64,000 bases of DNA from Octopus sinensis (GCF_006345805.1 NC_043001.1:33232001-33296000); one strand, 5' to 3'; counted from the first letter of the stretch, positions 1 through 50,128 are shown. Translations and numbers: made by a program. Notes: generated by a model from the sequence alone, not told the origin.

Positions 1-25
1 ATAACATAACAAAATATCGTGTTTC

Positions 26-60
<35 letters not shown>

Positions 61-109
61 TTTCTCTCTAGTTTCAACTCAGAGCTGCAGCCATGCTGAT
101 GCACCACCG

Positions 110-170
<61 letters not shown>

Positions 171-173
<3 letters not shown>

Positions 174-396
174 TTTATTTAAAGCAGCCGAAAATTCAAC
201 AAAACCTGTTACTCTGAGTTTCCGTTGCCGTTCGTCGGACAGTTTTTGCTAGAAGAACTGTCCGATGAACGGCAACGGAAACTCAGAGTAACAGGTTTTG
301 TTGAATTGTCGGCTGCTTTAAATAAAGCATATTACTCTACCACTGATATTTGAGTACTCTTTTTTCCACCTTGTTTCACATTTATGTGTTTACTCC

Positions 397-399
<3 letters not shown>
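171..399 (+). mobile_element. Penelope-like fold-back remnant (inverted pLTR pair plus unpaired tail) within (TA)n
   Basis: ~75-bp near-perfect inverted arms at 173-327, a 3' tail at 328-399, a hammerhead motif in each arm, (TA)n on both sides. Confidence 0.7.
256..297 (+). ncRNA. Minimal type I hammerhead motif with variant core CCGAUGA; antisense twin at 203-244
   Basis: aactgt-CCGATGA-aCG(GCAA)CG-GAAA-CTC(A)GAG-TA|acaggtt, i.e. stems I, II and III with a GUA triplet. Confidence 0.6.
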
Positions 400-443
<44 letters not shown>

Positions 444-1168
444 ATGAAACACGATATGTGCGCCATTTGAAGCATATTCATAAGAAATTTTTATTTAAAA
501 TAATATCCATTTTTTCCTGAAAGTTATTAGGAAACAGAGTAGGGAGTTTCACACTAGTGAAAGTAGGACTAGTACAGCTAGCTTATATATATATACGTAT
601 ATATAATGATGATGATGATAGAGACAAAGTGTCTGGGCGTTCATCGTACGAGCACTCAGGTATAATCCAGCTTATGGCTAACCATATCAAGAAGTACCTA
701 GGATTACTCAAAGTAAGCAATCCCACAGTAATTCATCCGATGCGTAAATCGTGAATTTGCTACACTGGATTATAAATATTTTACCGAGTGTACATCTAGG
801 ATAATTACAATGAATGCAGAGATTAATATATTTGCATATACTTTTTTATATTTGTATATATACAGCATATACAATTATACGGATTCATTTGAGTCAAATA
901 TGCTGTATAACTGATGATATAAATTTTAAAAAATTACCTATCCAAAGACTATGAAAATATCTACAAAACATTTCACTTTATTTTTTTTCTCCAATTAGTT
1001 TTTATTTTACTCTTCGTTGAAAAGCTCAAAAAAGTCGGAAACCGCTACTAAAATGTACTGCATCAAAAAATTATTCAAGCATTTTCTACCTTCTCCTATT
1101 TCCACGCACACACATACATGCACTCCCTGCATTCTCTCACACATTCAAATATATATATATATAATATA

Positions 1169-1219
<51 letters not shown>

Positions 1220-1620
1220 CAATGCTTAGGCTAGTTAAAATATATTTGTGGCATATTTCAACTAATAAAAGACATATTCACTGCAGTTACCGGGATGAAA
1301 ATTTTCTGTCCAATGTCGCCATCTATCAGGATTCCCAACCATCGATGTTTCTGGTTCCTTAGCCGTTATCCATTCAATGTATTTTAGTTAAAGCTATACC
1401 TTTAATAAGGTGTGTCCAGATTTGACTCTCTTAGGTATTTCCTATTCATTATATGTATATTGATATATATATATCAAAATAAGCAACAAGAATATCTTCG
1501 GTAATTTGGTACGATCGTTTCACGCTACATCATTTTACATCAGTTTTAAAATGTTGAGCAATCATCAGCCATTTATAGAGGTTTTCCATTAATACATATT
1601 TTCATATTAATTGAAAATTG

Positions 1621-1649
<29 letters not shown>

Positions 1650-1651
<2 letters not shown>

Positions 1652-1942
1652 CGTGATCACCGTGACCGACCGGACTATCAGATGTTGCTATACATCGCTG
1701 GTCACAATGCGCTTCACATTGTTTTAGCTTGCAAATGACGCCACCCCTCTGGCTAAATGAGCCAGAAGAAAGAATGAGAGAAAGTTGTGGCGAAAGAGTA
1801 CAGCAGGGATCGCCTGCTGTACTTGCCGGAGCCTTAGGTGTTTTCGCTCAATAAACACTCACAACACCCGGTCTGGGAATCGAAACCGCGATCCTACAAC
1901 CGAGAGTCCACTGCCCTAACAACTGGGCCATTGCGCATCCAC
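1650..1942 (-). mobile_element. tRNA-derived SINE (OK-like family); also at 44551-44851 (-) and 62195-62492 (+)
   Basis: Reverse complement has A/B boxes (TGGCCCAGT.GTTAGG; GTTTCGATTCC) and a shared body ending ggtcggtcacggtga. Confidence 0.85.
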
Positions 1943-1966
1943 TAATATATATATATATATATATTC

Positions 1967-2005
<39 letters not shown>

Positions 2006-2299
2006 CACACATACACACACACCTCTATTATTTCTTTAATTTGTTTTTGTTTTATTCTTGTGCTGCTTTTGTATCTTCAGTATACAAAATTAATTGCGTT
2101 TATATTTTTCTCTATTTAAAAACAGTGAAAAAGAAAGATCCAGGTATGTGGACTGTTTTTGCATAATTTACTCTACTCTTCTCGAAATATTGAATCTAAA
2201 ATTGGTTAAAGATGCCTAAACATAATATTCAAATATTGTACTCTGCTATCATAGTCCCATACTAGGCTATAAGACTAATACTCGTTTTAGCACATACAC

Positions 2300-2430
2300 C
2301 ACTCTTAAGACTTTAGTCGGTCCGAGGCTATAGTAGAAAACCCTTGCCAAAGGTGCCACACAGTGGACTGAACCCGAGACAATGTAATTGGGAAGCAGGC
2401 TTTTTACCACACAGCCACTCCTGCGCCTAT
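2300..2430 (-). mobile_element. CORE-type tRNA SINE, 5' fragment
   Basis: Reverse complement matches the 60052 family head (ggagtggctgtgtggtaa...gggttcagtcc). Confidence 0.75.
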
Positions 2431-2499
2431 ACATGGACCACTGAAATCTACAAGTTTTTTCTTTCATTTCCTCTCTGTTTATTTTCTCTTATTCCTTTC

Positions 2500-2622
2500 T
2501 TTTCAAGAGCGTAGGCTCGAAACGTAAAATACTCATTTATTTTCCATAGCCTCAAACTAATACACTTGCTTGTTGTTCATACACCTGTCTTCGTCTTTTG
2601 TTTTTCTATAAATTTCACCTAC
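2500..2622 (+). mobile_element. Penelope-like 3' remnant with a partial hammerhead motif
   Basis: GAGC-gtag-GCTC-GAAACGTA (stem II, GAAA, palindromic ACGT); the CUGA box is degenerate. Confidence 0.5.
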
Positions 2623-2635
2623 ATACATATATATA

Positions 2636-2850
2636 TATTGTTATATTTCAGGAAGGTCAACTTTTTTCCACATAAGCAAACACACTATATATTCGTTCTT
2701 CCTTCGTTTATTACTGTTCTTATTTTATCTTATGTCCATTGTCTGGAAATATTTCATCACACATATGTGACCGCTTCAGCGACCCTTTTCATCCGTGTGT
2801 ATCCTCCTGCTCCGCTTATTCCATTCTGTCGTATGATATGTGTTCGCGCT

Positions 2851-2884
<34 letters not shown>

Positions 2885-3176
2885 CAAACGCATTCGCAGG
2901 GATAAGGATACACGTCATAGGACAGAATGGACCAAGCGGAACAAGAGGATACACGTGGATGGAAAGAGTCACTGAAGAGTTAATAGATATGTGATGTAAG
3001 ATTTGCAGGTAATGGACACAAGATAAAATAAGAAAAGTAACAAACGAGTCAAGAATGAATATATAGTACCTATGTTGATTTGGGAAAAGAAAAAAATTGA
3101 CCATCGCGAAATATAACAATATCTGTTTCAACTCACGTTTTCACATCAGAAATTTTGCAATACAAATTCATAAACT

Positions 3177-3178
<2 letters not shown>
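2636..3178 (+). mobile_element. Diverged Penelope-like fold-back element (same family as 24722 and 37593)
   Basis: Inverted arms ~2636-2846 and ~2905-3121 plus a tail; decayed CTGAAGAG...GTCACA/TGTGA hammerhead motifs. Confidence 0.65.
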
Positions 3179-3207
<29 letters not shown>

Positions 3208-3546
3208 GTGCGTGTGTGTGTGTGCGTGTGTATTCCAAAATAATGAAGTGACAGAAATGAACAAGGATCACATTTAAGATGTTATAATATTTCATTATCA
3301 TTTATGTTCAAGACGTGTCTGAACTATATATTGTTGAGACGATGTAATGGAGGCATTCGTGTAGTATCATCACCTTCATTCTTGGACTTAGTATGTATAT
3401 GTGTGTAAATAAAATGCTGCGGCAGCAATTGAGCGATATTAATTGCTATTTCCTGAAACACGCTCACGTTCACTTTTCACCATAAATCTTTGAAAGTCTG
3501 TTTTAATCTTTGACTTTTAAACCTTATGTTGTCTTCTTTCATCTAG

Positions 3547-38795
<35,249 letters not shown>

Positions 38796-38883
38796 CATTG
38801 ACAGTGGAAGCTTGTATATGTAATATAAATACCTCGTTGTAATACACACATACACACACACACACATACACACACACATGTAC

Positions 38884-38929
<46 letters not shown>

Positions 38930-39054
38930 ATTATTAAAACCAACTCTACCACCGAAGCACACGGTTTAATTTTCGCATAATCACTATATCCGATGTCCAC
39001 CGATTATTTCTAGCATCATCAACAAAACATATAGAACTACAATGAAATTCAAGA

Positions 39055-39220
39055 AATAAAAATCGAATAAGCCCAAATCCCACCCCACCAAATATTTAAT
39101 ATAATCCCCTCTATTAGGAATATGTGATTAGCGAAAGATTTCATCTTATCTACAACGTTCTCGTTTGCGTTGTTCTATTCTCCGTTAAAGATTGAAAAAG
39201 TGTGCGCACCAAAGAATAAA
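39055..39220 (+). promoter_or_regulatory. Candidate Dscam polyadenylation signals (AATAAA at ~39055 and ~39214)
   Basis: AATAAA hexamers 260-420 nt after the stop; such hexamers are common in AT-rich DNA. Confidence 0.3.
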
Positions 39221-41417
39221 ATGCTTCTGCTGCAATGGAGTATACATATAAAAGGGGGTGAATGGCGAAGGCAGACAAAACACTGAGAAATCATTTAGAG
39301 AGAAATCATCAACCAATGAACATAATTTTTTTAATGTGTCAAAGAAAATACCAAGCCTAACAAGAACTTTTGGACGCTCTTATTTATTTCATTTCATTTC
39401 ATTTTATTTTTTTATGACCAAGATTAATGGACAAATCGATATCATATAGAAACTTCTTATAAAAAAAAAATAACTTTGGCACAAACGGTTGACTGCTTTG
39501 AGCTGTCCTGTTCATCCCTTTGCATCCTGAATTTCAATTCCCGCTGACACGGACTTCGCGTTTCATTTCTCTAAGAATCGTAAATTAAGCAGCCATTCAG
39601 TACAGTTGGGATCAGTTTAATCTACCGTAACCATCCGTTGAAGTTTGAGGCCTGAATGCCATTTTTTTAAATGGAATTTGTTCGTATGTTATACTAGGGC
39701 AAAAAGTTTAGTAAACGATGTTTTTCGTAGCAAAAATTCTATTTTCCTAGATGAAAAGTGAATTATTATTTTTTTAATTAAGGGAGTGGATAGTATAATC
39801 AGTGAAGTCCGGATGAAACTATCTCCCCTGCTCTGAGTTCAAATCCTGCTGGAGACTACTTTTCTTTTTTATCATTCCGGGATAAAAAAAAGTAAGTCAG
39901 TCAATCATTAGTGGGGTTCAAATTTCCCGTTGAAATGTGTGGCTCTGTGCCTCTGTTATAAATCATTAATCTTGTTAATAATAATGCTTTGTAGATGGCC
40001 AAGATGGTAATTTTACAGACTAAATGCTCCCTAATATATCTGCTCATCTGCATTTTATTTATTGGCATCCAAAGTTCCTACCGAACTTGACCATAGCTGA
40101 TATCCCACCAGAATCAATGAAAAAAGAATCAATGATGCACCAATGCTAAATCATCTAATTGTAATGTTTAATTGAAATGCAGTTGTCAAATATCGCAGAG
40201 CCAAGTCCGTGACACAGTCGTATTTATCCATGATGAGGAACTTGACAAACCATAATCTTTATACGATGCCAAAAACCTCCGTACATTATCTATAAATACC
40301 TACCATTGTTCAAAATTATTAAGCATTTCAAATTGTTGATGGAATTAACTTAAACAATTAGAACTACAGTCTAAATGTGTAATGATATTTAGTGACGTTC
40401 TACGAAGATTTTGCTCAAATTCCACGAGGATCGATAATCCCTATCATTGATTCTGAGGTCGATGAAATAAGTGCCAGTGAACCAATGAAATCAATTCAAA
40501 ATGTTATTACCCCACCCACAACAACCTTTAGGCTTCTGCTAAATTCGGAACCAGAATTTAAGCAAGACCTCGCTTGTGCCATATTTGAATGTGATATTTA
40601 CATTTTCATATAAACTAAAGAAAAGATTCATGAGTACAATCAGGACTAATTTATTCATTCATTTGTTAAACATTTTGTTTTAAGAATTCCAGCTCAACTA
40701 AGATTTGGGTTCTTATATCCACACGCTTGTACAAAGTAGAAAAACACAAAAATATACAGTATTACACACATGATTTCAAGAATCTATCATTTTTTATAAT
40801 TGTTGCTCGATGAATACAAAACTTACAATGTAAATTTTCGTTCTCATTTTCAATTGAAAACAGGTTCTTTCAAATCTACTTTTTACGAAACTGTAAATAT
40901 AGGACGCAAGATTTATTTGCGTTATATTCAATTCAAACAAACTAAAAGGTTTTTATTTCTTTCAGATCCCACATAGGCAAGTGAAATGCCACTACAAGAA
41001 ATAAAAAGACATTCAGTCATTGTTGCCATATGTATGGAACAGAACGGTTTAGAAATTCCCAACTTTCTAAATGTTGTGAAGTCACGAAGGTCGAATAGAA
41101 TTAGAGGCCTTTGGTAGAAATATTTGAACTGTATCAAAGACTAAAAGAATGTTCTAAATGTTTGGTCATTATAGGGATACCGCAATTCATTCAACAGATT
41201 CAAACACTTATCGATGATGATCCCCAAAAAAATCAATGAGGGCCAGTGGTAAATGATTTCAGGTGTCAAAACAGACTAACAGAATTTGGTACATTTGATA
41301 CAAGTCGTATGTATTTAGGAGTGCCATCCATGTCTGAAAGAACGGGAAAACAGTTTGGTAAGTCTCAAGCGTTACTTTATTAGTGTAACGTAGTTACTCG
41401 TCGCCAATTATGCATTC

Positions 41418-41899
41418 ATGAACCCCCGCACAAATGGAGTTCGGTGGGACTTCTTTGATGTTTCTGCCATGTACATCTCATATTAGCTTACTTGGTTGCC
41501 AGTAGCAAACGTATCCCAATCGTATTTCTGAAAATCGTCCTACACACAGACACGTATATAGAGTAAAACAAAACGGTTTACACTTTAAATATAAATTTTA
41601 GTAAACTGGGTTAAAAGATCGTTTCCAAGAGTAGGTGGGTGATGGAAAAATGCTTGTGTCTTTTGCAGTGATATTCGTTCATAATCACAATTTGGTACAT
41701 TTTTTTCAAAAATTAGATTAGATTTTCAGCTATCATTCGTTCTTTTCTAAGGATTTTAAATTTAGAAATATGAAGATGACCCAACATCTGGACGTCCTGC
41801 AAATGCCATCGCCGCGGAAAATTGCGTTTACCACATGCTGATAGATGACAGGCGATTGACTATAGATCAAATAACTAACGCTGTTAGCATGTTCTGTGA
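41418..41899. repeat. Inverted duplicate of 43062-43190 plus 43449-43800
   Basis: Near-exact reverse-complement match lacking 43191-43448. Confidence 0.88.
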
Positions 41900-42319
41900 C
41901 GGTTATAGTGTAAACGAGTACCGTCATAAATAGTTATGACGGTACTCGTTTACACTATAACCGTATTCTAACAATAAAATATATAACGAAGCAGGATAAC
42001 AACAACGTAACAATCCCCAAAACTCTCCACGAACTATACCCGAACCAACAAACGAAATTCCGACAAACTACCAAAAGGACACCTTACGACTTCCTGCGAT
42101 TAGCACCTACTCTCTCTGTCTCTCACTCACACCGCTACTAGTTATATTCGTTAGGTCTAAGTTTATTCTCGCAGGAGTTGTTGCGACTCTCACCACAACA
42201 TTAACGAAGTTAAAAACTGTCACGAATACGTGCTTTGGTTCTCCTCTGATGAGAAAAATTTCTGTTAAACCAGACGTCTAACAGAAGAAATGACAGATAT
42301 GACGCGCGCACACACACAC

Positions 42320-43450
42320 AAGAGGGGGGCGCCGAAAAGTTTATATCTTTTGGTAAAAGAAAATAGAGGAGGATTAGTTAATTATGATTTTATTCAACAT
42401 ATTCCCCTCTCAGATTCACACATTCATTACAGCAGTCCTTCAGTATTTCTAAACCCTGAAGGTTGGTCCTCCAGCCAGGCCTTTCGCGAGACCTTTTCAA
42501 CACACCCTCATATTATCCTTATTTGATAACAGTTGCATTCGTCCCCCATGCAACTTAAGTTTCGTAGACCCATCACAAGAACCAAACAGGAGACCGATTA
42601 ATATATGTAATTCCTACCAAATGTGCTGAATGTCTCTTACTTTTGTTTGCCCACTCACACACATATAAGTCTATACGGTCATCTGGCGAGACCAGTTTCT
42701 GAATTAGGAGACATTTAAGTGAACTAGCTGGATCTGCTTCAAACAATGACAGATATAGCCTGGTGTGCTTTTGGTCAAGTGTCAAAACATGTGACACCCA
42801 CCGGGCAGAAACCTTGTTCTGCGACGAGCTGGCAGAAACGTTAGCACGTCAAGTGAAATGCTTAGCGGTATTACGTCTGCTGTTACGTTCTGAGTTCAAA
42901 TTCCGCGGAGGCCGACAAATTAAGTACCAGTTACGCACTGGGGTTGATGTAATCGACTTAATTCCTTTGTCTGTCCTTGTTTGACCCCTCTGTGTTTAAC
43001 CCCTTGTGGGCAATAAAGAAATAAGAAACCAAGTTCATTCTGCAAAATATTTTCAACTCTCTCACAGAACATGCTAACAGCGTTAGTTATTTGATCTATA
43101 GTCAATCGCCTGTCATCTATCAGCATGTGGTAAACGCAATTTTCCGCGGCGATGGCATTTGCAGGACGTCCAGATGTTGGGTCATCTTCAAGACTCTCCC
43201 GTCACTTCTAAATTCAGTTACCCATTGTTTCTCTATTGATGAACCTGGAGCGTCAACCCCTAATGCATGAATGTACCTGATAACACCACGATGCCAAATT
43301 TTGTCCATTTTCTAGAGAAGTCGTTATTAAAGTCTCCAAGAAAGAAACAATACAGTTATTAATAAGAGGAGCTGAAATTAATGCAAGCAAAATTTCACAG
43401 CTCTAGCATCACTTTCACAGTCAGCCTATGTACTTTACAGCCCACCCTAT
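42320..43450 (-). mobile_element. Decayed mariner transposon interrupted by a SINE (42822-43027)
   Basis: TIR-like ends; MDKIWHRGVIRY and DDRRLTIDQITNAVS...ILQNELG transposase fragments. Confidence 0.82.
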
Positions 43451-44287
43451 TTCTAAATTTAAAATCCTTAGAAAAGAACGAATGATAGCTGAAAATCTAA
43501 TCTAATTTTTGAAAAAAATGTACCAAATTGTGATTATGAACGAATATCACTGCAAAAGACACAAGCATTTTTCCATCACCCACCTACTCTTGGAAACGAT
43601 CTTTTAACCCAGTTTACTAAAATTTATATTTAAAGTGTAAACCGTTTTGTTTTACTCTATATACGTGTCTGTGTGTAGGACGATTTTCAGAAATACGATT
43701 GGGATACGTTTGCTACTGGCAACCAAGTAAGCTAATATGAGATGTACATGGCAGAAACATCAAAGAAGTCCCACCGAACTCCATTTGTGCGGGGGTTCAT
43801 TTTTTTGATACACAAAACATGCCAAAAGGAGGATGACCAGAAGAAAGTCGAAGAAATCGGTCGCATATTTTATAGACATTGCAGGAATAACAATGAGCAC
43901 GTCTGTTGAAAGCTGACGGCTTCAGAGCTGACGGCTCAGAGGAATTAAATTTTCAGTCTCATCATAGAAACCTCCGTAACTAGAGTAATAAAAAACAATA
44001 GTCATCATAAAAAGCATCTGCAGCTTGAAATTCATATGTCCTCACCAAGTTTCGGTGAATATCATAATTCTTGTTTATGTTATTTTTCAGTTTAAGTCGT
44101 CCTAACTTTTCAGTTCACGCTCTTAAAGAAGTTTCAATACTCATTAAATATATTTTTGTCCAACTGTGAATTGTTAAGACGTTTTTATTACGCCCCTATC
44201 GTTTATCAAAACGGATTTACTGAAAATGCTTCAGTGAAAGAGAAAATTATATATTAGCATAATACACACACCACACACATGTATACA

Positions 44288-44343
<56 letters not shown>

Positions 44344-44494
44344 TCATATATATATATATATATATATAATATATTCATATTATACATTATATATATATAA
44401 TATCATATTATATATATATATATATATAATAATATATTCTATTATACATATTATATATATAATATTCATATTATATATATATAATATAATATTC

Positions 44495-44525
<31 letters not shown>

Positions 44526-44851
44526 TCATATTATACAAACATATATATATCACCCTGATCACCGTGACCGACCAGGCGTCAGATGTTGCTACACATCGCT
44601 GGTCACAAGCACTTCGCATGTTTTAGCCTTCAAATGACGCCACCCCGCTGGTTAATCGAGTAGGCCAACAGAAGAAAGAGAGAAAGTTGTGGCGAAAGAA
44701 TACAGCAGGGATCACCATCACCCTTTGCCGAAGCCTCGTGGAGCTTTAGGTGTTTTCGCTCAATAAACACTCGCCACACATGGTCTGGGGATCGAAACCG
44801 CGATCCAACAACCGCGAGTCCGCTGTCCTAACCACTGGGCCATTGCACCAC

Positions 44852-44882
<31 letters not shown>

Positions 44883-44990
44883 ATATATATATATATATAA
44901 TTTTAATCCAAAAGGGAAACAAAAAAACAACAACAACAGGAACAATTACAGTATTATTATTAATAGGCGCTCAGGAGATGGAAGCAGGGA

Positions 44991-45027
44991 GGTATGACGT
45001 TTCGAGCGGAGCTCTTCGTCGGAAACA
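44991..45027 (-). ncRNA. Minimal hammerhead motif (variant core CCGACGA) in a Penelope-like remnant
   Basis: Reverse complement tttCCGACGAaGAGC(tcc)GCTC-GAAACGTC; stem I is weak. Confidence 0.5.
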
Positions 45028-45426
45028 TAAAGAAGGAAGAGAGAGGAAAGAAAGATCCCAGAGCGGGCACAGGGAAAGAGAAAAAAGACGACTGGTGTTT
45101 ACGAGTTGCACATGGTGAAAGGCGGATGTTGACGAAACAAGAGCAAGTGGGTTTTTAAGGCAAAAGAGTGGAGACAAGGTGGTAACCCAACAGATGTGTG
45201 TGTATGTGTGAGTGTGTGCTGTGCGTGTGTGTATGTGTGTGTGTGAGGCGAGATGAAAAAACACAAAAAAAAAAAAAATATATATGTGTGGTTAGTGTGT
45301 GCGTCTGTGTGTAGGCGTGTGGGGTAGGGCGAGACTAGTGGTCAGCTAGCAGGCGAGGTCAGTAGTGAGAAAAAGAAGGAAGGAGGAAGTATATATATAC
45401 ATTTATATATACACACATATATATAC

Positions 45427-45457
<31 letters not shown>

Positions 45458-45480
45458 CATATATATATACATATATATAT

Positions 45481-45531
<51 letters not shown>

Positions 45532-48476
45532 ACATTACTGCGTAAAAGCCATACCAAGAGTACTCCATCCAATAAGAATTTAATATTACTAAACGTTTCA
45601 ACTACGTGTACTTACCGCGCTACTAAGAGTTTTCCTGTACATGCGTACTCGCAAAAATTTTTGAGTTACAAAACAAATTTGTGATATTTGGATTTTATGT
45701 GTCTGCATACCTACGTAAATTGAGAAAGAAAATAAAGACAGATAGATAATAAATTATATCACAAATGAAGCTAAAGTCATAACAAGACATGGAAAATAAA
45801 AAGCGTTGACTGAGAACCTTGTAAATCTAACTGGAGGAATAATTTACAGTTGGTAATTTGATTACATAAAAGAATAGCTTTAGAAAGGAATCGATAAACG
45901 AATGATTCACTGGTCTGAATGGTGGCTCTGCACTATCATAAATATTGCATATAAACTTACGACATATTTGCTTTATTAGTAAAAACTGTGCAAATTAACC
46001 ATCTGTCCATCTAATATATCGAATTACCTATCTACACGGTGACCAACAAAAATATAAACTTCGTTACTAGCAATGCAAAGTAGCTTCTACATATGTGTGT
46101 CATAATTTTCTACTTTCAGTACTTAAATATTGACATTGTATTAATCGTTGCTTACGTGTGAAGAAGATAAAAATCAATGTTTAATGGGTTGTGAACACTT
46201 CCTTTAGACATAATTTCACACTCCGGAAATTGAGAAATTGATGGCGGGTTATCAACATCCTTCTTAATTTATAATATCAATATCAAAGTAGATCTATAGA
46301 TCTTAGATGTAGGATGACTGCATCATATATCAAAATACCCGGCAAACAATAACGCATTCATACTTAAATATAAATGCACAAATAAGCACATATACACACG
46401 CATATATATATATTTAAACATGCGTATATACATATATCTGTGTGTGTATGTGTGCGCTCGTGGTGTTTTCGTGTGTATGCTTATATAATCATAAGCTATG
46501 TAGAATGTCGATGATAAATGGCCTTGTGTAATTTCAACACTTTTGTCAAAAGAGGAACTCGTTTCTGTTCTGAGCTGTTGCGGTCCAGTTATAAGTATTA
46601 ATATTTAATCTACGCCAAAAGGAAAACTTAATTATTGATACCCAAAGTAACCCTTTAAGTGTCACACCTAATGCAAATTCATCCTTGAAAGGTAACTTAC
46701 TGCGGTATTTGTCCCGAGATATTTCTTATGATCGTGCTGTGTTTAAAAACACAATATATATATAAGAGGAAAACGAAAATTGTTCGACAAGCAGCAAGTA
46801 GTAAGTGGTCTTTCAGTGATGTGTTTATATTAAGTGTAATATCTAGATTGCTACTTTGATTTAATACTGCTTCTATTGCGTATAACAAATTTTTATTCAG
46901 CCAGTTGGCTCTTCTCAGTACCAGTGACTGTAATATTCACTGTTACCGATATATCAGAAGCAACAAATCCTACCTAGGCGCGCGGCTAGCTGTAAATATC
47001 ATTTATAAGGCCCGAGTAGGCCAAAATGCATCTGGGGTTCTCGCTAGCCAGTGCTGGAACGATTTTTTCGTTCATCCATACGAAATGTTTTCTCTGGATG
47101 ACTACCTCAGTAACTTGCCTTTCAACGATGTATTTACATTATGTCTGATACATAGATGACTATTTTAATTTAAAGCTGATTTTATTGCCTATAATGAATT
47201 GATACCCACCTTGTGATATAATCCGGGTCTAGTCTGACTTTCACACTGCTAGTCAGCTATGTGTAGAGTGTTTGACTTGGTAATTGAGTTTTCTTCTTTC
47301 TTTAGCCAAGCCAAGGGAGGTTTTGCTACATCAGTACTTCTTCCATGCTGGTTGGCTTTGTATTTTTATATGATGGCCATATCTTCGCAAGAGACTTCAT
47401 GCTTTACCTCAAGTGTGTCTCTGCATTTATTTACCTGTCAGCTATATAATGTCTCTATATCAGATCTGTACAGTCAAATGGATAATACTTTTGCTCGGTA
47501 TACTTTGCCCTCCACTTGGAACGTAACGTGCTTGTAGTTCCCCAATCGATTTTTCAGCAGTCAACTGGCCTTACTTACTTTGCCACTTTCTTCTTTTCTA
47601 TGATGAAAGGTGCGTGTTGTGCCACTTAGCACAGCCCAGAACTTGCCTCAGAGAGAACTTGTGTCTTCCGGTTGTCAATGTTAAAGTCAAACTTTAAGGC
47701 GACGTGCTGGCAGAATCATTAGCACGCCAGGAAAAATGCTTAGCGGAATTTCATCCGTCTTTACGTTCTAAGTTCAAATTCTGCTGAGATCAACTTTACC
47801 TTTCATCCTTTCCGAGTCGATAAACTAAGTACCGGTTGGGTACTGGTGTTGATGTAATTGACTTGTCTGGTACCTAGAAATTACTGGCCTTGTGCCAAAA
47901 TTTGAAACAAATATTAAAGTCAAATATTGTGGCTGCATAGCCAAAAGCAAATTACTTCAGGCTCAGCATGTATTCTGTGGTTTGAAGATATGGGCTCAAT
48001 CACATGTAGACAGTATGCAGATGATTGAGGATTGCTTGTACAAGATGAGTCCAGTTGCCAGTATCTTTCAATCAAGTCTGAACGATCAGCAACAAATCAA
48101 CTATGCCAATCCCACATCATTCTATGCCAGGATATGCAGCGTAAAGCTTATGGAATAAAAGTGAAAATAGACCGAAATTAGCAAACAATTTTGAATATCT
48201 TGGAAGTAAACTATTCCCAAATACCTCCATTGGTGCTGGTGTCATCACGTATTAGTAAAGTGAAGACAGCATTTGGAAAACTGCAGCTTAGAGTGTGAGA
48301 CAGACATAGTATTTCTATTGATACCAAACTTAATGATTATAATGCTATTTCCTTCCGACTCGCTTTTATGATAAGGAACCTTATATATTGTATATCTCAA
48401 GCTAAAAATCTCAGCCATTTCCACGTCTTTCATAAGGATGATTCTATGCATAAAGTGTCAATATAGAATTCCCGAT

Positions 48477-49387
48477 ACAAAAGTTCTTCGACATAATAAT
48501 CCACCGATTTTTTTTTTCGTTACACTTAAATATATCCATTTGTATCCAGCTATGATTTTGTCATGGACAGGAAGCTGGAATAAAGAACCAATGTGGAATT
48601 TTGCGTTAGACTTGGGAAGTCTGCTAAAGATATAGAGCATGCTTCGGTAAGCTTAGTGCGACGAGGTAATGGGTCGTACGCAATGTTTTGAGTGACACGG
48701 GCGCTTCACTGGCGAAAGAACGTCACTAGAAGAGATGGCCGATCTGCTACAAGCGTTTCCCCTGGAAATGTGGCGAAAATTGACCAGCATGTACATGAGA
48801 ATTGTCAGACGATGATCTACAACATTGCTGAGGTCGTTGGTTTGTCGTATGGATTCGTACCGGTAATCCTAGTGTCTGAATTGAACATGTGGTGTTTCTC
48901 TGTCAAGTTTGTCTGCCGCTTGATGACCACTAAGCAGAAAGAACATCACGTTGAAGCCATTTCGAAGAACATCACGTCGAAGTAAAACAGTCAAAGAAGA
49001 AGCCATGGATGTTCTAGCATAGAAATCTAGATTTACTTACGGAGACAGCAACTGAATATCGCCTGAGAGATACATATAGATCTTCTTATACAGGTAAAAA
49101 GTTACATAATTTAATTTAAAATCTGCTCGCCAGATTTATCACCTGCAAACTTCCATCTCTTCCTGTTTTAACACAGTTGTCGAAATCCAGAACGAATCGC
49201 AGAAGGTCCTCGACTTGCTTACGGAAAATGACTTCCAAACCGGATTCAAACAGCGGCAGAAACGTTGAGATCAGTCTATTGCTCTACATGGTGATTATTT
49301 CGAAGGAAATAATGTGAAAACTTTGGTAAAGAGTATATTCTTTATTAAACATAACTAGTCCCGGAACCTTTTGATACCACCTCGTAT
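48477..49387 (+). mobile_element. Decayed mariner transposon
   Basis: Frameshifted transposase (NIAEVVGLSYGFV..ILVSELNM...VKFVCRLMT..QKEHHVE); right end ggaaccttttgataccacctcgta. Confidence 0.8.
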
Positions 49388-49778
49388 ATATGTATATCTG
49401 TGTCTGTCTGTGTCTGTGCCTGTGTGTGATGATGCATGGCCTAATGAGAACACCTGGCCTAGTTGTTAGAATGTTGTACTCACGATCGCAAGATCATGGT
49501 TTCAATTCCTAGACCAGGTGGTGCGTTGTGTTCTTGAGCAAAACACTTCATATCACGTTGCTCCGCGATCACTTCGAAACTTGACGCGCGTTACACAGTG
49601 CACCTGTTCAGTCAACGTCGATCTTATGGAGAGAGAGTGTAAGCTATTGTGCGGTATGAACATTTGATAAATATAAACAAATCATCTGTGTGGTTGTTCG
49701 GTAAGAAAATGTTGATCCTTCATACGTCGTCTAACGACGGGAGAGTCTATCACACACACACGCACACACACACACACA

Positions 49779-49811
<33 letters not shown>

Positions 49812-50049
49812 AATTTTAACACCGCCTCTTCTCCATCTTTAATTGTTTGTTGAATTTCTATAAGATAAATGTTCTATAAATGCTCATAACACACATGCTT
49901 GTAACATTTTCATATTCGAAAAATACTTACACTAAAAAGCCACCAATTTAATATGAAGAATCTTTATTAGAAATCTATCTTTGGAACCCCAGAAAGTAAA
50001 GGATGAAATAGAACTCAACCTTTTTTCACACACACACACACACACAATA

Positions 50050-50114
<65 letters not shown>

Positions 50115-50128
<14 letters not shown>

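Noticed and set aside
42246-42295. CTGATGAG...hairpin...GAAA hammerhead-like motif
   Set aside because: Extra unpaired bases before stem II and no convincing stem I, stem III or NUH triplet.
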